Assembly (NCBI GenBank): GCA_964342155.1
Contig: CAYFEQ010000002.1
Span: 35,197-99,196, forward strand
DNA from: an uncultured Ectothiorhodospiraceae bacterium
GTDB lineage: Bacteria > Pseudomonadota > Gammaproteobacteria > GCA-002705445 > GCA-002716945
Direction of reading: 5' to 3'
Length of the DNA stretch: 64,000 nucleotides
A model generated the notes under the pieces. It did not search any database. It was not told the origin of the DNA and saw only the letters and a program-made list of their open reading frames with translations. The translations under genes and the position numbers were made by a program. This document shows, in pieces, positions 51,048-62,015 of the stretch (positions are counted from its first letter, which is position 1; each line of letters begins with the position of its first letter).

Positions 51048-51521
51048 ATGTTTAAAATTCTATTATCAACTATATTAGTTTTATTTCCAGTATTGATTTA
51101 TGGAGATGATATAGATAAGGGCTATCAAGCTTATAATAATAAAAATTATAAAGAAGCTTATCGGCATTGGATAATTCCAGCTGATGCCGGTGATAAAATT
51201 TCTCAATATAATATAGCTCTGTTATATTTTTTTGGCAATGGAGTTAAGAAAAATCTAGAAATAGCTTTTCAATATTGTAAGAAATCAGCACTGCAAGATC
51301 TACCGCGTGCACAAAATAATCTTGCATTCATGTATGCTGATGGACTTGGTATTAAACAAAATTATGTATTATCATATAAATGGGCCTACTTGGCTTATAT
51401 GAATGGTTACCCATCAAATAAGCTCCTAAATGAAAGTAAAAATAAATTGAGCGACTCTCAGTTAAAAAAAGGAAATAAATTAATCGGAGAACATTTAAGG
51501 AGAAATATGAATGAAAAATAA
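51048..51521 (+). CDS. Sel1-repeat (TPR-like) secreted protein
   Basis: 157 aa; signal peptide; Sel1-like repeats (GDKISQYNIALLYFFGNGVKKN..., AQNNLAFMYADGLGIKQN). Confidence 0.7.
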   Translation: MFKILLSTILVLFPVLIYGDDIDKGYQAYNNKNYKEAYRHWIIPADAGDKISQYNIALLYFFGNGVKKNLEIAFQYCKKSALQDLPRAQNNLAFMYADGLGIKQNYVLSYKWAYLAYMNGYPSNKLLNESKNKLSDSQLKKGNKLIGEHLRRNMNEK

Positions 51522-51891
51522 TGAAAATAATATCTCAATTTCAGTTGAAACAATCTATTTGCAGCAAGATTCTGACCCGGAAAATAATAAATACTTTTTT
51601 CTCTACACAATCTCAATTCTTAATAAAGGATCAGTTGGTGCAAAATTATTATCAAGACACTGGGTCATTGAAGATTCTAATGGTAAAACTCAGGATGTAA
51701 AAGGAGAAGGTGTGGTTGGTGAACAGCCGCACATTACTCCTGGTGAAGAATTTCAATACACAAGTGGAGCAATGATAGAGACGGCACTCGGTACAATGAA
51801 AGGGACATATCAGATGATTGATGATAACGAACGTTATTTTGATGCTGAAATACCAGAATTTATTCTATCAATACCCAGGGTTATACATTGA
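51511..51891 (+). CDS. apaG: ApaG domain protein
   Basis: 126 aa; ISVETIYLQQDSDPENNKYFFLYTISILNKG and GEGVVGEQPHITPGE match ApaG/DUF525. Confidence 0.8.
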   Translation: MKNNENNISISVETIYLQQDSDPENNKYFFLYTISILNKGSVGAKLLSRHWVIEDSNGKTQDVKGEGVVGEQPHITPGEEFQYTSGAMIETALGTMKGTYQMIDDNERYFDAEIPEFILSIPRVIH

Positions 51892-52381
51892 TACGTTCAT
51901 AAATTAAAAAACTGTACTTAATTTGTTTTTCTTCATTAAAGTGATTCTCAGCATCTATTACTTTCCATTCTATCTCATTTATTTTAGGGAACCATGTATC
52001 ACCTTTAAAGTTTTGATGAATTTTCGTCATATAAATTTTCTGGGTTATAGGTAAAGCTAATTTAAAGATCTCCTCTCCTCCAATTATGAAAATCTCATCA
52101 TTTGATGTAAATTTTTCTAGAACATCATCCAATGTATTAAACACATGAGCATCCTTACTTTTAAAAGAAGAGTTTTTTGACAGTATAATATTCATTCTGC
52201 CTTCTAATATTTTACCGATTGAGTTATGTGTTTTTCTGCCCATTATGATTGCCTTTCCCATTGTTATTCTTTTGAATCTTTGTAATTCTCCAGGGATATG
52301 CCATGGTAAATTATTTTTATTACCAATCAAATTATTAGAATCCATAGCAACAATAATTGAAACTAATGGTAAGTCTTTCAT
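51881..52381 (-). CDS. folA: Dihydrofolate reductase
   Basis: 166 aa; [20 protein letters not shown] motifs. Confidence 0.85.
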   Translation of the reverse strand: MKDLPLVSIIVAMDSNNLIGNKNNLPWHIPGELQRFKRITMGKAIIMGRKTHNSIGKILEGRMNIILSKNSSFKSKDAHVFNTLDDVLEKFTSNDEIFIIGGEEIFKLALPITQKIYMTKIHQNFKGDTWFPKINEIEWKVIDAENHFNEEKQIKYSFLIYERINV

Positions 52382-53172
52382 ACTGAAACTTTTGCCTTTA
52401 TTGATTCATAAGGATTATAGTCTTCCAATAAAAAATCAGAATATTCATAATCAAAAATCTCATCTTTAGGCTTTATTATTTTAAGTTTTGGCAGCTGTTT
52501 TGGTTTTCTTTTTAACTGTATCTTTACCTTGTCCAAATGATCCAAGTAAATATGTGCATCTCCAAAAGTATGTATGAATTCACCATAATTGAGATTTGTG
52601 ACATTCGCTATCATCATAGTCAACATTGCATAAGATGCAATATTAAATGGGACGCCTAAAAATACATCTGCACTTCTCTGATATAGTTGGCATGATAATT
52701 TCCCATCATGAACATAAAATTGAAAAAGAATATGACATGGCGGAAGTTTCATCTTGTCGATTTGTCCTACATTCCATGCAGATACAATATGTCTCCTGGA
52801 ATCAGGGTTTCTTTTAATATTTTCGATGACATTTGAAATTTGATCAATAGTAGTATCATTAGGGCCAGGCCAAGATCGCCATTGAGTACCATATGTTGGA
52901 CCTAAATCACCATTTTCATCTGCCCATTCATCCCAAATTCTTATTCCATTATCTTTCAAAAATTTTATATTAGTACTTCCCTTTAAAAACCAAAGCAGTT
53001 CATATGCCACAGATTTGAAATGGACTTTTTTAGTTGTTAACAAAGGGAACCCATCTTCTAGGCTGAATTTCATCTGATGTCCAAAAATTGATATAGTGCC
53101 GGTACCGGTTCTATCTTTTTTCTCAGCTCCGTTCTTCAAAATATTAGTTAATAATTCGTGGTATTGCCTCAC
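52378..53172 (-). CDS. thyA: Thymidylate synthase
   Basis: 264 aa; active-site LPPCH, DRTGTG, full colinearity with ThyA. Confidence 0.95.
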   Translation of the reverse strand: MRQYHELLTNILKNGAEKKDRTGTGTISIFGHQMKFSLEDGFPLLTTKKVHFKSVAYELLWFLKGSTNIKFLKDNGIRIWDEWADENGDLGPTYGTQWRSWPGPNDTTIDQISNVIENIKRNPDSRRHIVSAWNVGQIDKMKLPPCHILFQFYVHDGKLSCQLYQRSADVFLGVPFNIASYAMLTMMIANVTNLNYGEFIHTFGDAHIYLDHLDKVKIQLKRKPKQLPKLKIIKPKDEIFDYEYSDFLLEDYNPYESIKAKVSV

Positions 53173-53957
53173 CTTAGTTTCATCCCCTTAATTGAAAAAT
53201 ATAATAAGATAATACCAAATATCATCATTGGCATGCTAAGCAGTTGCCCCATTGTAAACCAGTCTTGATACAAATAACCAATATGCCTATCAGGTAGACG
53301 AACAAACTCTACTAAAAATCGAAAACCTCCATAAAAGATTAAAAATAGTGAGCTTAGTACCATTGTAGGTAGCTTTAATCTAGAGAATTTTTTCATGATA
53401 AAAAATAAGACTAATCCCTCTAAGAATGCTTCATATAGCATGGATGGGTGTCGAGGGACTTGATCTATCATTGGAAAGATAACTCCCCAGTTCCCACTCG
53501 TTGGAATTCCATACAATTCACCATTAATAAAATTACCAATTCTACCTAACCCCAAAGCAATTGGTATATAAATAACAATTGAATCTGATAACTCAAAAAA
53601 GCTTAGATTCTCTTTTTTGCTAAAAAAGTAAAAACTAAAAATTACTCCTAACAAACCACCATGAAATGACATACCTCCTTCCCATAAATAGAGTACTTTT
53701 ATGGGGTTAGCTAGGTAATAACCTAAATCATAAAACAGTACATATCCAAGTCTACCTCCGATTAAGAGTGTTATTAAAGAAAACAAAAGCATACTATCAG
53801 CTACTCTATAGGAGAAGGTAACATTGCCATTTTTTACATCTTGTTTAACTAAATAATCAATTATTAAAAATGAAATTACATACATAATACCGTACCAATG
53901 AATAGAAATTGACATAAAAGATATCAGTACGGGGTCAATATTATGAATATAAATCAT
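53169..53957 (-). CDS. lgt: Prolipoprotein diacylglyceryl transferase
   Basis: 262 aa; polytopic membrane protein; Lgt signature ([13 protein letters not shown]); lgt-thyA adjacency. Confidence 0.9.
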   Translation of the reverse strand: MIYIHNIDPVLISFMSISIHWYGIMYVISFLIIDYLVKQDVKNGNVTFSYRVADSMLLFSLITLLIGGRLGYVLFYDLGYYLANPIKVLYLWEGGMSFHGGLLGVIFSFYFFSKKENLSFFELSDSIVIYIPIALGLGRIGNFINGELYGIPTSGNWGVIFPMIDQVPRHPSMLYEAFLEGLVLFFIMKKFSRLKLPTMVLSSLFLIFYGGFRFLVEFVRLPDRHIGYLYQDWFTMGQLLSMPMMIFGIILLYFSIKGMKLR

Positions 53958-54028
53958 AGATTTCGTTTTAAATTTGAACTGTTAATTTATTTATAATAAA
54001 TTATGACCATTAGTATAACATCTAAATA

Positions 54029-56026
54029 ATGAATAAATTAGTTAATGAAAAGAGTTTATATTTGCTTCAACATGCAAATAATCCCGTAAATTGGTATCCA
54101 TGGTCTCAAGAAGCATTCGATATTGCAAAAAATAATAATAAACCAATAATACTGTCTATAGGTTACTCTGCATGCCATTGGTGTCATGTCATGGCCCAGG
54201 AATCATTCGAAGACTCAGAGACGGCAGACATAATGAATAAGTACTTCATTAATATTAAAGTTGATAAAGAAGAAAGGCCAGATCTAGATAAAGTGTATCA
54301 AATGTCACAATCCATTATAACCGGTAAAACTGGTGGATGGCCGCTGACTATTTTTATGTCCCCAGATAAATTTCCATTTTTTGCAGGTACATATTTTCCT
54401 AACGAACAACGATATGGCTTACCATCATTTAAAGATATCTTAAAACGTGTTAATGAGTTCTATACAACTCAACAAAAAGATATAGAGGCACAGAACATCA
54501 CTATTACAGAAATCTTTCAAAATCTAAGTAAAAAAAATAAAGATAATGAAATAATTAATCTTGAATTGATAAATAGGACTAAATTGGATTTAATTAATAA
54601 CATTGATAAAATTCATGGGGGGTTTGGTTCAGCCCCTAAGTTTCCACAGACTTATAGTCTGCTATTCCTCCTTAATTCTATTAATGATGACAATGATGCT
54701 ATAGAAGCTACTTCTCATACACTTCATAGAATGTGTCTAAGTGGAATTTTTGATCAATTAGATGGTGGTTTTTTTAGATACTCCGTTGATGAACTCTGGA
54801 TGATTCCTCATTTTGAAAAAATGTTATATGACAATGGGCCGTTGATTACGTTGCTAAGCAAAGCATATAAAGTGACATCTAATCCAATTTTTCTAAAACG
54901 TGTTATTCAAACCTCCAACTGGATAATAAATGAAATGCAAGATAAGAATGGAGGTATTTATTCTACAATTGATGCTGATTCAGAACATGTTGAGGGTAAA
55001 TATTATGTATGGGAAGAGAAAGAATTAAAATCAATCTTAAGTCATGATGAATTTGAATTAATAAAGAATAGTTACTTTGTTGATGGAAGACCTAATTTTG
55101 AGGGTAAATATCATTTCCATGTTACCCAAGAATCTGAAAAGTTTTTTTTAAAAAATGAAAAAAAAATAAAAGAAATAAATAAAAAATTATTAGAAACAAG
55201 AAATAAAAGGATTGCCCCCAATACTGATAAAAAAATCTTAGTTTCATGGAATGCATTAGCAATTATTGGGCTTATAGATGCTTATAAAATAACTGGGGAT
55301 AATAAGTTTTTTTCTGCAGCAGTGAAATGCTTCAATTTTATTAAAAAGACACTTTGGGATGGAAACCAATTATATGCATGCTTTAATGCAAAACCCTGTT
55401 TTAAAGGATATCTTGATGATTATGCTTTTTTACTCAAAGCAAATCTTGAATTATTAAAAATTGAATGGGACTCAGATAATTTTTATTTTGCAAAAAATCT
55501 TGCTGATATATTAATCAAAGACTTTCAAAATCATAAAGATGGCGGTTTTTATTTTACCTCAATACATCATGAAGAGCTTATATACAGGCCTCAAACTTAT
55601 ATGGATGAATCACTTCCAGCTGGAAACAGTATTGCAATAGAATCTCTATCCGAATTAGGTTTTTTAGAAGGCAATCAACAATATATAGAATCTTCAAAAA
55701 AAGCTCTTATATCTGCCTCTGATTCAGTGCAAAGATCTAATACAGCTCATGCAAGCTTACTTGCAGCCTCAGTGAGTTTACTTGTGTTTAAAAAATTTAT
55801 AATTATTAGATGTCTTCATGAAAATATCGAAAAGTATAGAAAAAAGTTTTTTGATTTACCAGAAATGATTTTTTATTTTATTGATAATGAAGATAAAGAT
55901 ATTCCACAGTCTCTTGTTGAAAAAAAGCCTTTGGGTGATTTCACTGCATACATTTGCGAAGGGTTTAAATGTTTAGAACCAATTAAGAGTTCTGATGAAT
56001 TATTTCAGGAATTATCAAAAAAATAA
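54029..56026 (+). CDS. Thioredoxin-domain protein of the YyaL/DUF255 family
   Basis: 665 aa; N-terminal thioredoxin-like domain with SACHWCHVM motif; large alpha/alpha-toroid-like C-terminal region. Confidence 0.75.
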   Translation: MNKLVNEKSLYLLQHANNPVNWYPWSQEAFDIAKNNNKPIILSIGYSACHWCHVMAQESFEDSETADIMNKYFINIKVDKEERPDLDKVYQMSQSIITGKTGGWPLTIFMSPDKFPFFAGTYFPNEQRYGLPSFKDILKRVNEFYTTQQKDIEAQNITITEIFQNLSKKNKDNEIINLELINRTKLDLINNIDKIHGGFGSAPKFPQTYSLLFLLNSINDDNDAIEATSHTLHRMCLSGIFDQLDGGFFRYSVDELWMIPHFEKMLYDNGPLITLLSKAYKVTSNPIFLKRVIQTSNWIINEMQDKNGGIYSTIDADSEHVEGKYYVWEEKELKSILSHDEFELIKNSYFVDGRPNFEGKYHFHVTQESEKFFLKNEKKIKEINKKLLETRNKRIAPNTDKKILVSWNALAIIGLIDAYKITGDNKFFSAAVKCFNFIKKTLWDGNQLYACFNAKPCFKGYLDDYAFLLKANLELLKIEWDSDNFYFAKNLADILIKDFQNHKDGGFYFTSIHHEELIYRPQTYMDESLPAGNSIAIESLSELGFLEGNQQYIESSKKALISASDSVQRSNTAHASLLAASVSLLVFKKFIIIRCLHENIEKYRKKFFDLPEMIFYFIDNEDKDIPQSLVEKKPLGDFTAYICEGFKCLEPIKSSDELFQELSKK

Positions 56027-56791
56027 ATGGTTTTTATTATGAAGTTTTTACTAATTTTTCTAAGATCCCCTTTTTTAATTATACATATATTTATAGGAAT
56101 GATTATATTAGTCTTTTTCCCAAAAAAATTAAAATTAACAAAAAATCATTTTTCTATAGTTGTTATCTGGATGAAAGTATTAGTTTTTATATTTGGTTTA
56201 AAAATAATAATCAAAGGAAAGAAAAATAAATCTTCAGATTGTTATGCCTCTAATCATGTTAGTTTTCTTGATATTATGATTTTGAATTCTATGTTGCCAG
56301 TCTGCTTTATTGCTAAATCTGAAATTAAAAATTGGCCGATAGTTGGATATCTAACTTCTAAATCTGGCAATCTATTTATCCAAAGAGGTCGAAAAGAATC
56401 ATCTGATAAAATGATATCTTCAATAAAGGAGTATTTACTTAATAATTATAAAATAATGTTCTTTCCTGAAGGAAGAATTGGCGATGGAATATCCATCAAA
56501 AAATTCCATAGCAAACTATTACATTCAATTTCTAAATCAGATCTTGAAATTCAACCTATCTCAATCAGATATCCAAAAAAATATCCCCAAATCCTTGATT
56601 CCGACAGTGACCTAGCAAACCCAGATGATTCTAGAACACTTTTTAATACTGGCATTGTTTGTCTTGGTAGGATATCAACGATTGTGCTAGTAAGTTTTGG
56701 AAAAACTATTAATACAAGAAACTTAAATGCTTCTGATATAGCGAAATTGTCTGAAGATGATGTTAAACAATCTCTAAATAATTTAGGTTAA
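56027..56791 (+). CDS. Lysophospholipid (1-acyl-sn-glycerol-3-phosphate) acyltransferase family protein
   Basis: 254 aa; N-terminal TM; HxxxxD acyltransferase motif (NHVSFLD), FPEGR motif; start abuts YyaL stop. Confidence 0.7.
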   Translation: MVFIMKFLLIFLRSPFLIIHIFIGMIILVFFPKKLKLTKNHFSIVVIWMKVLVFIFGLKIIIKGKKNKSSDCYASNHVSFLDIMILNSMLPVCFIAKSEIKNWPIVGYLTSKSGNLFIQRGRKESSDKMISSIKEYLLNNYKIMFFPEGRIGDGISIKKFHSKLLHSISKSDLEIQPISIRYPKKYPQILDSDSDLANPDDSRTLFNTGIVCLGRISTIVLVSFGKTINTRNLNASDIAKLSEDDVKQSLNNLG

Positions 56792-57133
56792 TTATATTGG
56801 GCCTCTTTTGTCACCCTCTTTACCAACTTCCACATCAACAACAACATCGCTTGTGGGATACCATTGACATGCTATGACCATATTTTTTTCAATTTCTTCT
56901 GGATGTAATAAAGTGGTAGGATCGCATATACCAGATGGGTGATGTCCCTCTCCTTCGAGTACAGTTGCTCTACATGAGCCGCAACTTCCAACCTTACAAG
57001 AATGTGGCCATTTAATTCCTGCAGCAAAAGCAGCTTTCATTAAACTTGTGTCTGGTTGTACAACAAATTCTTCACCTGTTGGCTTGATTGTACATTTTAC
57101 AGGTTCTTTCTTCTTGAATAATCCAAATACCAT
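56792..57133 (-). CDS. 2Fe-2S ferredoxin, YfaE-like
   Basis: 113 aa; CKVGSCGSCRATVLEG (CxxxxCxxC) plus distal Cys (VIACQ), resembles E. coli YfaE. Confidence 0.65.
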   Translation of the reverse strand: MVFGLFKKKEPVKCTIKPTGEEFVVQPDTSLMKAAFAAGIKWPHSCKVGSCGSCRATVLEGEGHHPSGICDPTTLLHPEEIEKNMVIACQWYPTSDVVVDVEVGKEGDKRGPI

Positions 57134-57214
57134 TTTTTCCTCTCCTTTTAACTACACGTAATGAAATTTAATATATCACAGTTAATTTAAGAATGTTAAT
57201 AAAAAATAGGGTCA

Positions 57215-58549
57215 TTAATTGATCAAAAGTTTATCTTTTTTCCAATACCAAATTAATGAAGTAGTTAAAAGTAAACTACGTGAAACAAAAAATAATAAAA
57301 AAGCTATCCATAAACCAGAGTTTGCTAAATTGAGAAGAAAGTTCTCGAATAAAAAGAAAATTAAACCTGAAATTACCATGACATTTCTAAGTAATTTATT
57401 TTTCATCACTCCAATAAACACTCCGTCTAGCCAAAAAGCCACAGCGCCAAAAATGAATATTAAATATAGCCAAAATGAAAAATGAATTGCTGCTATTTGT
57501 ACTAATTCTAGGCTTGTAATTAAGCTAATAATAAGTTCATCAAAAATTAGAAATATAATTAAATAGAAAAAAGTTATGATAAGAGAAAATTTTCCAGTTG
57601 AATAAATTGAATTTTTTGTTAATTGCACATCCCTTTTCCCAACAGCACTTCCTACTAAAGCTTCGGAGGCATGTGCAAATCCATCTAAACCATAAGAAAA
57701 TATAAAGAAGAAATTTAATAATATTGCATTCGCAGCTAAAATAATATCACCATGACTTGCACCTGTGCTCACAAAGTATGCAAAACATGTCATCAAAATT
57801 AATGATCTTATAAAAAAATCAAAATTAATGAGAAGTTTTTGTTTCAAAGAGTCCCAATCAATTACCTCTACAATACTTATTCTTACTGTAGAAATTATAT
57901 TTTCACGGAACTGTGCATAAATAACAAAGATTAATATTGAATACTCGGCAATTAATGATGCTATTGCAACGCCAGCAATTCCATAACCCAATACAATCAC
58001 TAAATAATAATCAAGAAAAATATTGAGTAGATTTATAAAAATACTTATTGTCATTGCCAATCTTGCTTTTTGTATTCCAATATAATAACCAATCATTATA
58101 TCTCTTAAAAATATTGCTGGAATTGACCAAATCCTATATGAAATATAAATTTCACTGTTTATTTTAACCTCATTAGTTCCATTAAATAAATTAAGTGATA
58201 GTGAAATAATTTGATCCCTGAATAATAATATTAAGATTGAAACTACAGATGATATTAATAATATTTGATATAAATTTGTTAATAAAAGTCTGTCATTATC
58301 TCGTCCAGAATACTGCGAAGTTAATCCAGTAGTTATAGATTTAAAAAAACCAAAACTAAACAAAATATAACTTATTATGATTGAACCAATGCTTACAGCG
58401 CCAATATATATTGGTGAACCAAGATGCCCCATCACTGCATTATCTACAAGACCTACTAAAGGTATTGTTATATTTGAAAGGATTAAAGGTAGAGCAATAG
58501 TAAGGGTTTTTTTATCTGAACTAGATAGGTTTAATTTAAAAAAGGACAC
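57215..58549 (-). CDS. dinF: MATE-family efflux transporter, DinF-like
   Basis: 444 aa, 12 TM; N-terminal LTIALPLILSNITIPLVGLVDNAVMGHL matches DinF/NorM signature. Confidence 0.8.
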   Translation of the reverse strand: MSFFKLNLSSSDKKTLTIALPLILSNITIPLVGLVDNAVMGHLGSPIYIGAVSIGSIIISYILFSFGFFKSITTGLTSQYSGRDNDRLLLTNLYQILLISSVVSILILLFRDQIISLSLNLFNGTNEVKINSEIYISYRIWSIPAIFLRDIMIGYYIGIQKARLAMTISIFINLLNIFLDYYLVIVLGYGIAGVAIASLIAEYSILIFVIYAQFRENIISTVRISIVEVIDWDSLKQKLLINFDFFIRSLILMTCFAYFVSTGASHGDIILAANAILLNFFFIFSYGLDGFAHASEALVGSAVGKRDVQLTKNSIYSTGKFSLIITFFYLIIFLIFDELIISLITSLELVQIAAIHFSFWLYLIFIFGAVAFWLDGVFIGVMKNKLLRNVMVISGLIFFLFENFLLNLANSGLWIAFLLFFVSRSLLLTTSLIWYWKKDKLLIN

Positions 58550-58550
58550 T

Positions 58551-58748
58551 TCAACTACTAATTTCTATCATATCAAAATCATCCTTTGATGCACCACAGT
58601 CTGGACAAAGCCAGGTCGAAGGCACGTCTTCCCATTTCGTACCTGGAGATATGCCATCATCAGGCCATCCCTCACTTTCATCATATATTAAACCACAAGT
58701 TAAACAGAGGTATTTTTTCATAACAATTTTTATGATGTAGTTTCTCAT
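58551..58748 (-). CDS. Rubredoxin
   Basis: 65 aa; two CxxC pairs (CLTCG ... CPDCG) with intervening aromatic-rich core ([22 protein letters not shown]). Confidence 0.85.
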   Translation of the reverse strand: MRNYIIKIVMKKYLCLTCGLIYDESEGWPDDGISPGTKWEDVPSTWLCPDCGASKDDFDMIEISS

Positions 58749-58788
58749 AAATATTCAATAAACCCAATTAATTTGTTATATATATTTA

Positions 58789-59421
58789 ATGGAAAAAAAT
58801 ATTTTTCTAAATGGTATATATCCAATAAGCCCAATGGTTTATAAATCCGATGATATATATTTAGAGCTTATCGAAAAAACCTTAAAGACAAATGTGCGGA
58901 TTTTTCAATTCCGTGGAAAACATTTGTCCTTAAAAAGGAAAAGAAGACTTATTCCAAAAATTAGTGATCTGTGTTTTAAATTTGGGGTTAAGCTCATTAT
59001 CAATGATGATATAGATTTATTAAAATATGGTTATGATTGTGGTCTTCACATTGGAGAAGATAAAAATTTAATACAAATAAGAAAATTTTTTGGGGAAAAT
59101 TTATTGATAGGAATCTCTTGTTACAATTCTATAGAAAGAGCTAAATGGGCCGAATCTAATGGAGCAGATTATATTTCATTCGGGGCATTCTTCTCTAGTA
59201 AAACAAAAAAAAATGTTGCACACTGTGATCCGGATGTAATATATCAAGCTAAAAAAACTATAAATATACCAATATGTGCAATTGGAGGAATTAGTAAAAA
59301 AAATATAATGGAAGTATTAAAATATAAACCAGATATGATTGGAATGATTTCAGGAATTTTTTGTCAATCAGATGTAGAATTAACTACAAACACTCTCATC
59401 AACATAATGGATGCAAAATGA
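58789..59421 (+). CDS. thiE: Thiamine-phosphate synthase
   Basis: 210 aa; TIM-barrel ThiE pattern (QFRGKHLS, INDD, GLHIGEDK, ISFGAFF, AIGGI); thiE-hemL neighbourhood as in Pseudomonas. Confidence 0.75.
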   Translation: MEKNIFLNGIYPISPMVYKSDDIYLELIEKTLKTNVRIFQFRGKHLSLKRKRRLIPKISDLCFKFGVKLIINDDIDLLKYGYDCGLHIGEDKNLIQIRKFFGENLLIGISCYNSIERAKWAESNGADYISFGAFFSSKTKKNVAHCDPDVIYQAKKTINIPICAIGGISKKNIMEVLKYKPDMIGMISGIFCQSDVELTTNTLINIMDAK

Positions 59422-60701
59422 AAAAATCTAATAGAGAGTTTAAAATTGCAAATAAATATATACCTGGTGGTGTTAATTCACCAGTTAGATCATTCAATGC
59501 TGTAGATTCAAACCCTTTTTTCATTAAAAAATCTAAAGGTCCATATGTATACGATATTGATAATAAGAAATATATTGATTATATAGGATCTTGGGGAGCA
59601 TTGATTCTTGGTCACAGTGACCCAAGAATTATACAAACACTCTCAAAGTCAATGCAGATGGGTATAAGTTATGGAGCTCCTTGTCAAAATGAAGTTTTAT
59701 TAGCAAAAAAAGTTTGTAAAATTTTTCCTTCAATAAAAAAAGTTAGAATGGTGAGTTCAGGAACTGAGGCAACTATGAGCGCAATAAGAGTTGCCAGGGG
59801 ATATACAAAAAGAGATAAAATTATCAAATTTGATGGATGTTACCATGGCCATGGTGATTCATTCTTAATTAAAGCTGGGTCTGGTTCATCTACTTTTGGT
59901 GTACCTAACTCACTTGGTGTTACTGCCTCTCTTGCTAAAGATACTCTATCATTACCTTATAATGACATTGATAAAGTAAAAAAAACTATCAATCAAAATA
60001 AAAATAAAATAGCCTGTATTATCATTGAACCAATTGCTGGTAATATGAATTTTGTAAGGTCAGAAAAATTATTTTTAGAATCACTTAGAGAATTATGTAC
60101 TAAAAATAAAATTATATTAATTTTTGATGAGGTTATGACAGGCTTCAGAGTTGCACTTGGTGGAGCACAAAGTATTTATAAAATTAAACCTGATTTGACT
60201 ACACTCGGTAAAGTTCTTGGAGGTGGACTTCCAGTAGCTGCTTTTGGAGGAGATGAGGAAATAATGGATAATTTAGCTCCCAATGGAGGTGTTTATCAAG
60301 CTGGGACACTTTCTGGCAATCCTCTAGCAATGTCTGCTGGACTTAAAACACTGGATATTATTGCAAAAAAAGGTTTCTATGAGGATCTTCATAAAAAAAC
60401 AGGTTATCTCATGAAACAACTAAATATCTCTGCAGCCAAATATAAATTGCCTTTTCATACAGATTACCAAGGAGGGATGTTTGGCTTATTTTTTAACAAT
60501 GCTGAAAAAATAAAAAATAATAATCAAGTAAAAAAATCTAACCAAAAAGTATTTATAGCATTTTTTAAACATATGCTAAGAGAAGGTGTTTTCTTTGCAC
60601 CATCATTATATGAAGTAGGGTTTATCTCATCATCGCATACAAAAAAAGAGTTTGATTATACCGCGAAGTCATTCAAAAATTTCCTTCAAAAGAACTCTTA
60701 A
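59418..60701 (+). CDS. hemL: Glutamate-1-semialdehyde 2,1-aminomutase
   Basis: Start moved to the ATG in the ATGA overlap with thiE stop; YIPGGVNSPVRSF, PLP-Lys region DEVMTGFRVALGGAQ. Confidence 0.9.
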   Translation: MKKSNREFKIANKYIPGGVNSPVRSFNAVDSNPFFIKKSKGPYVYDIDNKKYIDYIGSWGALILGHSDPRIIQTLSKSMQMGISYGAPCQNEVLLAKKVCKIFPSIKKVRMVSSGTEATMSAIRVARGYTKRDKIIKFDGCYHGHGDSFLIKAGSGSSTFGVPNSLGVTASLAKDTLSLPYNDIDKVKKTINQNKNKIACIIIEPIAGNMNFVRSEKLFLESLRELCTKNKIILIFDEVMTGFRVALGGAQSIYKIKPDLTTLGKVLGGGLPVAAFGGDEEIMDNLAPNGGVYQAGTLSGNPLAMSAGLKTLDIIAKKGFYEDLHKKTGYLMKQLNISAAKYKLPFHTDYQGGMFGLFFNNAEKIKNNNQVKKSNQKVFIAFFKHMLREGVFFAPSLYEVGFISSSHTKKEFDYTAKSFKNFLQKNS

Positions 60702-60703
60702 TA

Positions 60704-61999
60704 CTACTTAATTAAAATAATCTGGATATCAGCAACATTAGTGCCGGTAGCTCCAGTCTTATAGATTGAGTTCATATTGTTTAGGAATGTATAAGAGTCA
60801 TTGTTGTTTAGATAATCGAAAATATCTATTCCACTTTCATGATAATTTCTGATTGTTTCATTATCTATTAGTCCGCCTGCTGCATCTGTTGGTCCATCGA
60901 TACCATCTGTTCCTACAGATAATAATAACCAATCATTGTTAATAGAAGTATTTTGTATTTCCGATAAAAAAGATAATGCAAACTCTTGATTTCTACCTCC
61001 TTTTCCATCTCCTATTAATTTAACAACTGTTTCTCCACCCGAGATAATTGCAATTTTTTTATTCATACTATCCTGTATTTTTTCTAAAAATATTTTTGAT
61101 AGTTCAGCAGCTTCATATCTTGCTTCTCCTACAAAATCTTGATTAAGAAATATTGGTTCATAACCTTGTTCAGTTGCAATTTTTGCTAAATGTTCTCTAA
61201 AAATTTTATTACTACATATTATAGTATTCTCTACTTTTGAAAAAACCTTATCTTTTTTAGTTGGAGTTTCATTAATTTTCCCGGAAATACCGTGCTTGAT
61301 ATTATTTAAAATTTTTTCTGGGAGCAGATGCATCAGATCATATTTTTTTATAATATTTAAAGCATCTCGATAGGTAGAATCATCTGGAGATGTTGGGCCA
61401 CTCGCTATAGCGCTTATATCATCATTTACAACATCTGAGATGATGAATGATTTTACAGTTGATGGAAATGAATATTCTGCAAGTTTACCACCTTTTATTA
61501 ATGAAACATGTTTTCTTACAGTATTAATTTCATTAATTGAACAACCAGACGCTAACAATAATTCTGTCATAGCAATTTTATCATTTAAGGATATCTTGCT
61601 AGATGGCTTAGATAATAACGATGAGCCTCCGCCACTAATTAGAAATAACACTAAATCTCTTTCACCAGAATCCTGTAGATATTCAATGACTTTTTCAGCA
61701 CCTTTTATGCTCTGTAGATTTGGTGTTGGGTGTGATGAAAAATATAAATCAATATTGTGATTAATTTTATTTTCAGATTCTAGAGTAACAACAATTGGTT
61801 TTTTGTGAATTTTTTTTGAAGGTATTACATCTAAGCAACCAGACATCATTGATAGAGCGGCTTTTCCAAAAGCAATTGGGAAAATCCTATCAAAAGTATT
61901 GGAATCAAGATTATTCATAGCCTGACCTACCACTTTGCTTGGATCAAGAGTTTCAAGGCAATTAAGATAAATTTTATTTACATCTTCACGGAGTGACAT
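60704..61999 (-). CDS. Glycerate 2-kinase (MOFRL family)
   Basis: 431 aa; MOFRL N- and C-terminal domains (ISGGGSSLL, GTDGIDGPTDAAGG). Confidence 0.75.
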   Translation of the reverse strand: MSLREDVNKIYLNCLETLDPSKVVGQAMNNLDSNTFDRIFPIAFGKAALSMMSGCLDVIPSKKIHKKPIVVTLESENKINHNIDLYFSSHPTPNLQSIKGAEKVIEYLQDSGERDLVLFLISGGGSSLLSKPSSKISLNDKIAMTELLLASGCSINEINTVRKHVSLIKGGKLAEYSFPSTVKSFIISDVVNDDISAIASGPTSPDDSTYRDALNIIKKYDLMHLLPEKILNNIKHGISGKINETPTKKDKVFSKVENTIICSNKIFREHLAKIATEQGYEPIFLNQDFVGEARYEAAELSKIFLEKIQDSMNKKIAIISGGETVVKLIGDGKGGRNQEFALSFLSEIQNTSINNDWLLLSVGTDGIDGPTDAAGGLIDNETIRNYHESGIDIFDYLNNNDSYTFLNNMNSIYKTGATGTNVADIQIILIK

Positions 62000-62015
62000 A
62001 TGATGTAGTGGTTAA

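Noticed and set aside
58749-58788. LexA/SOS box upstream of rubredoxin-dinF
   Set aside because: No CTGT-N8-ACAG-like motif is present in the 40-bp divergent promoter region.
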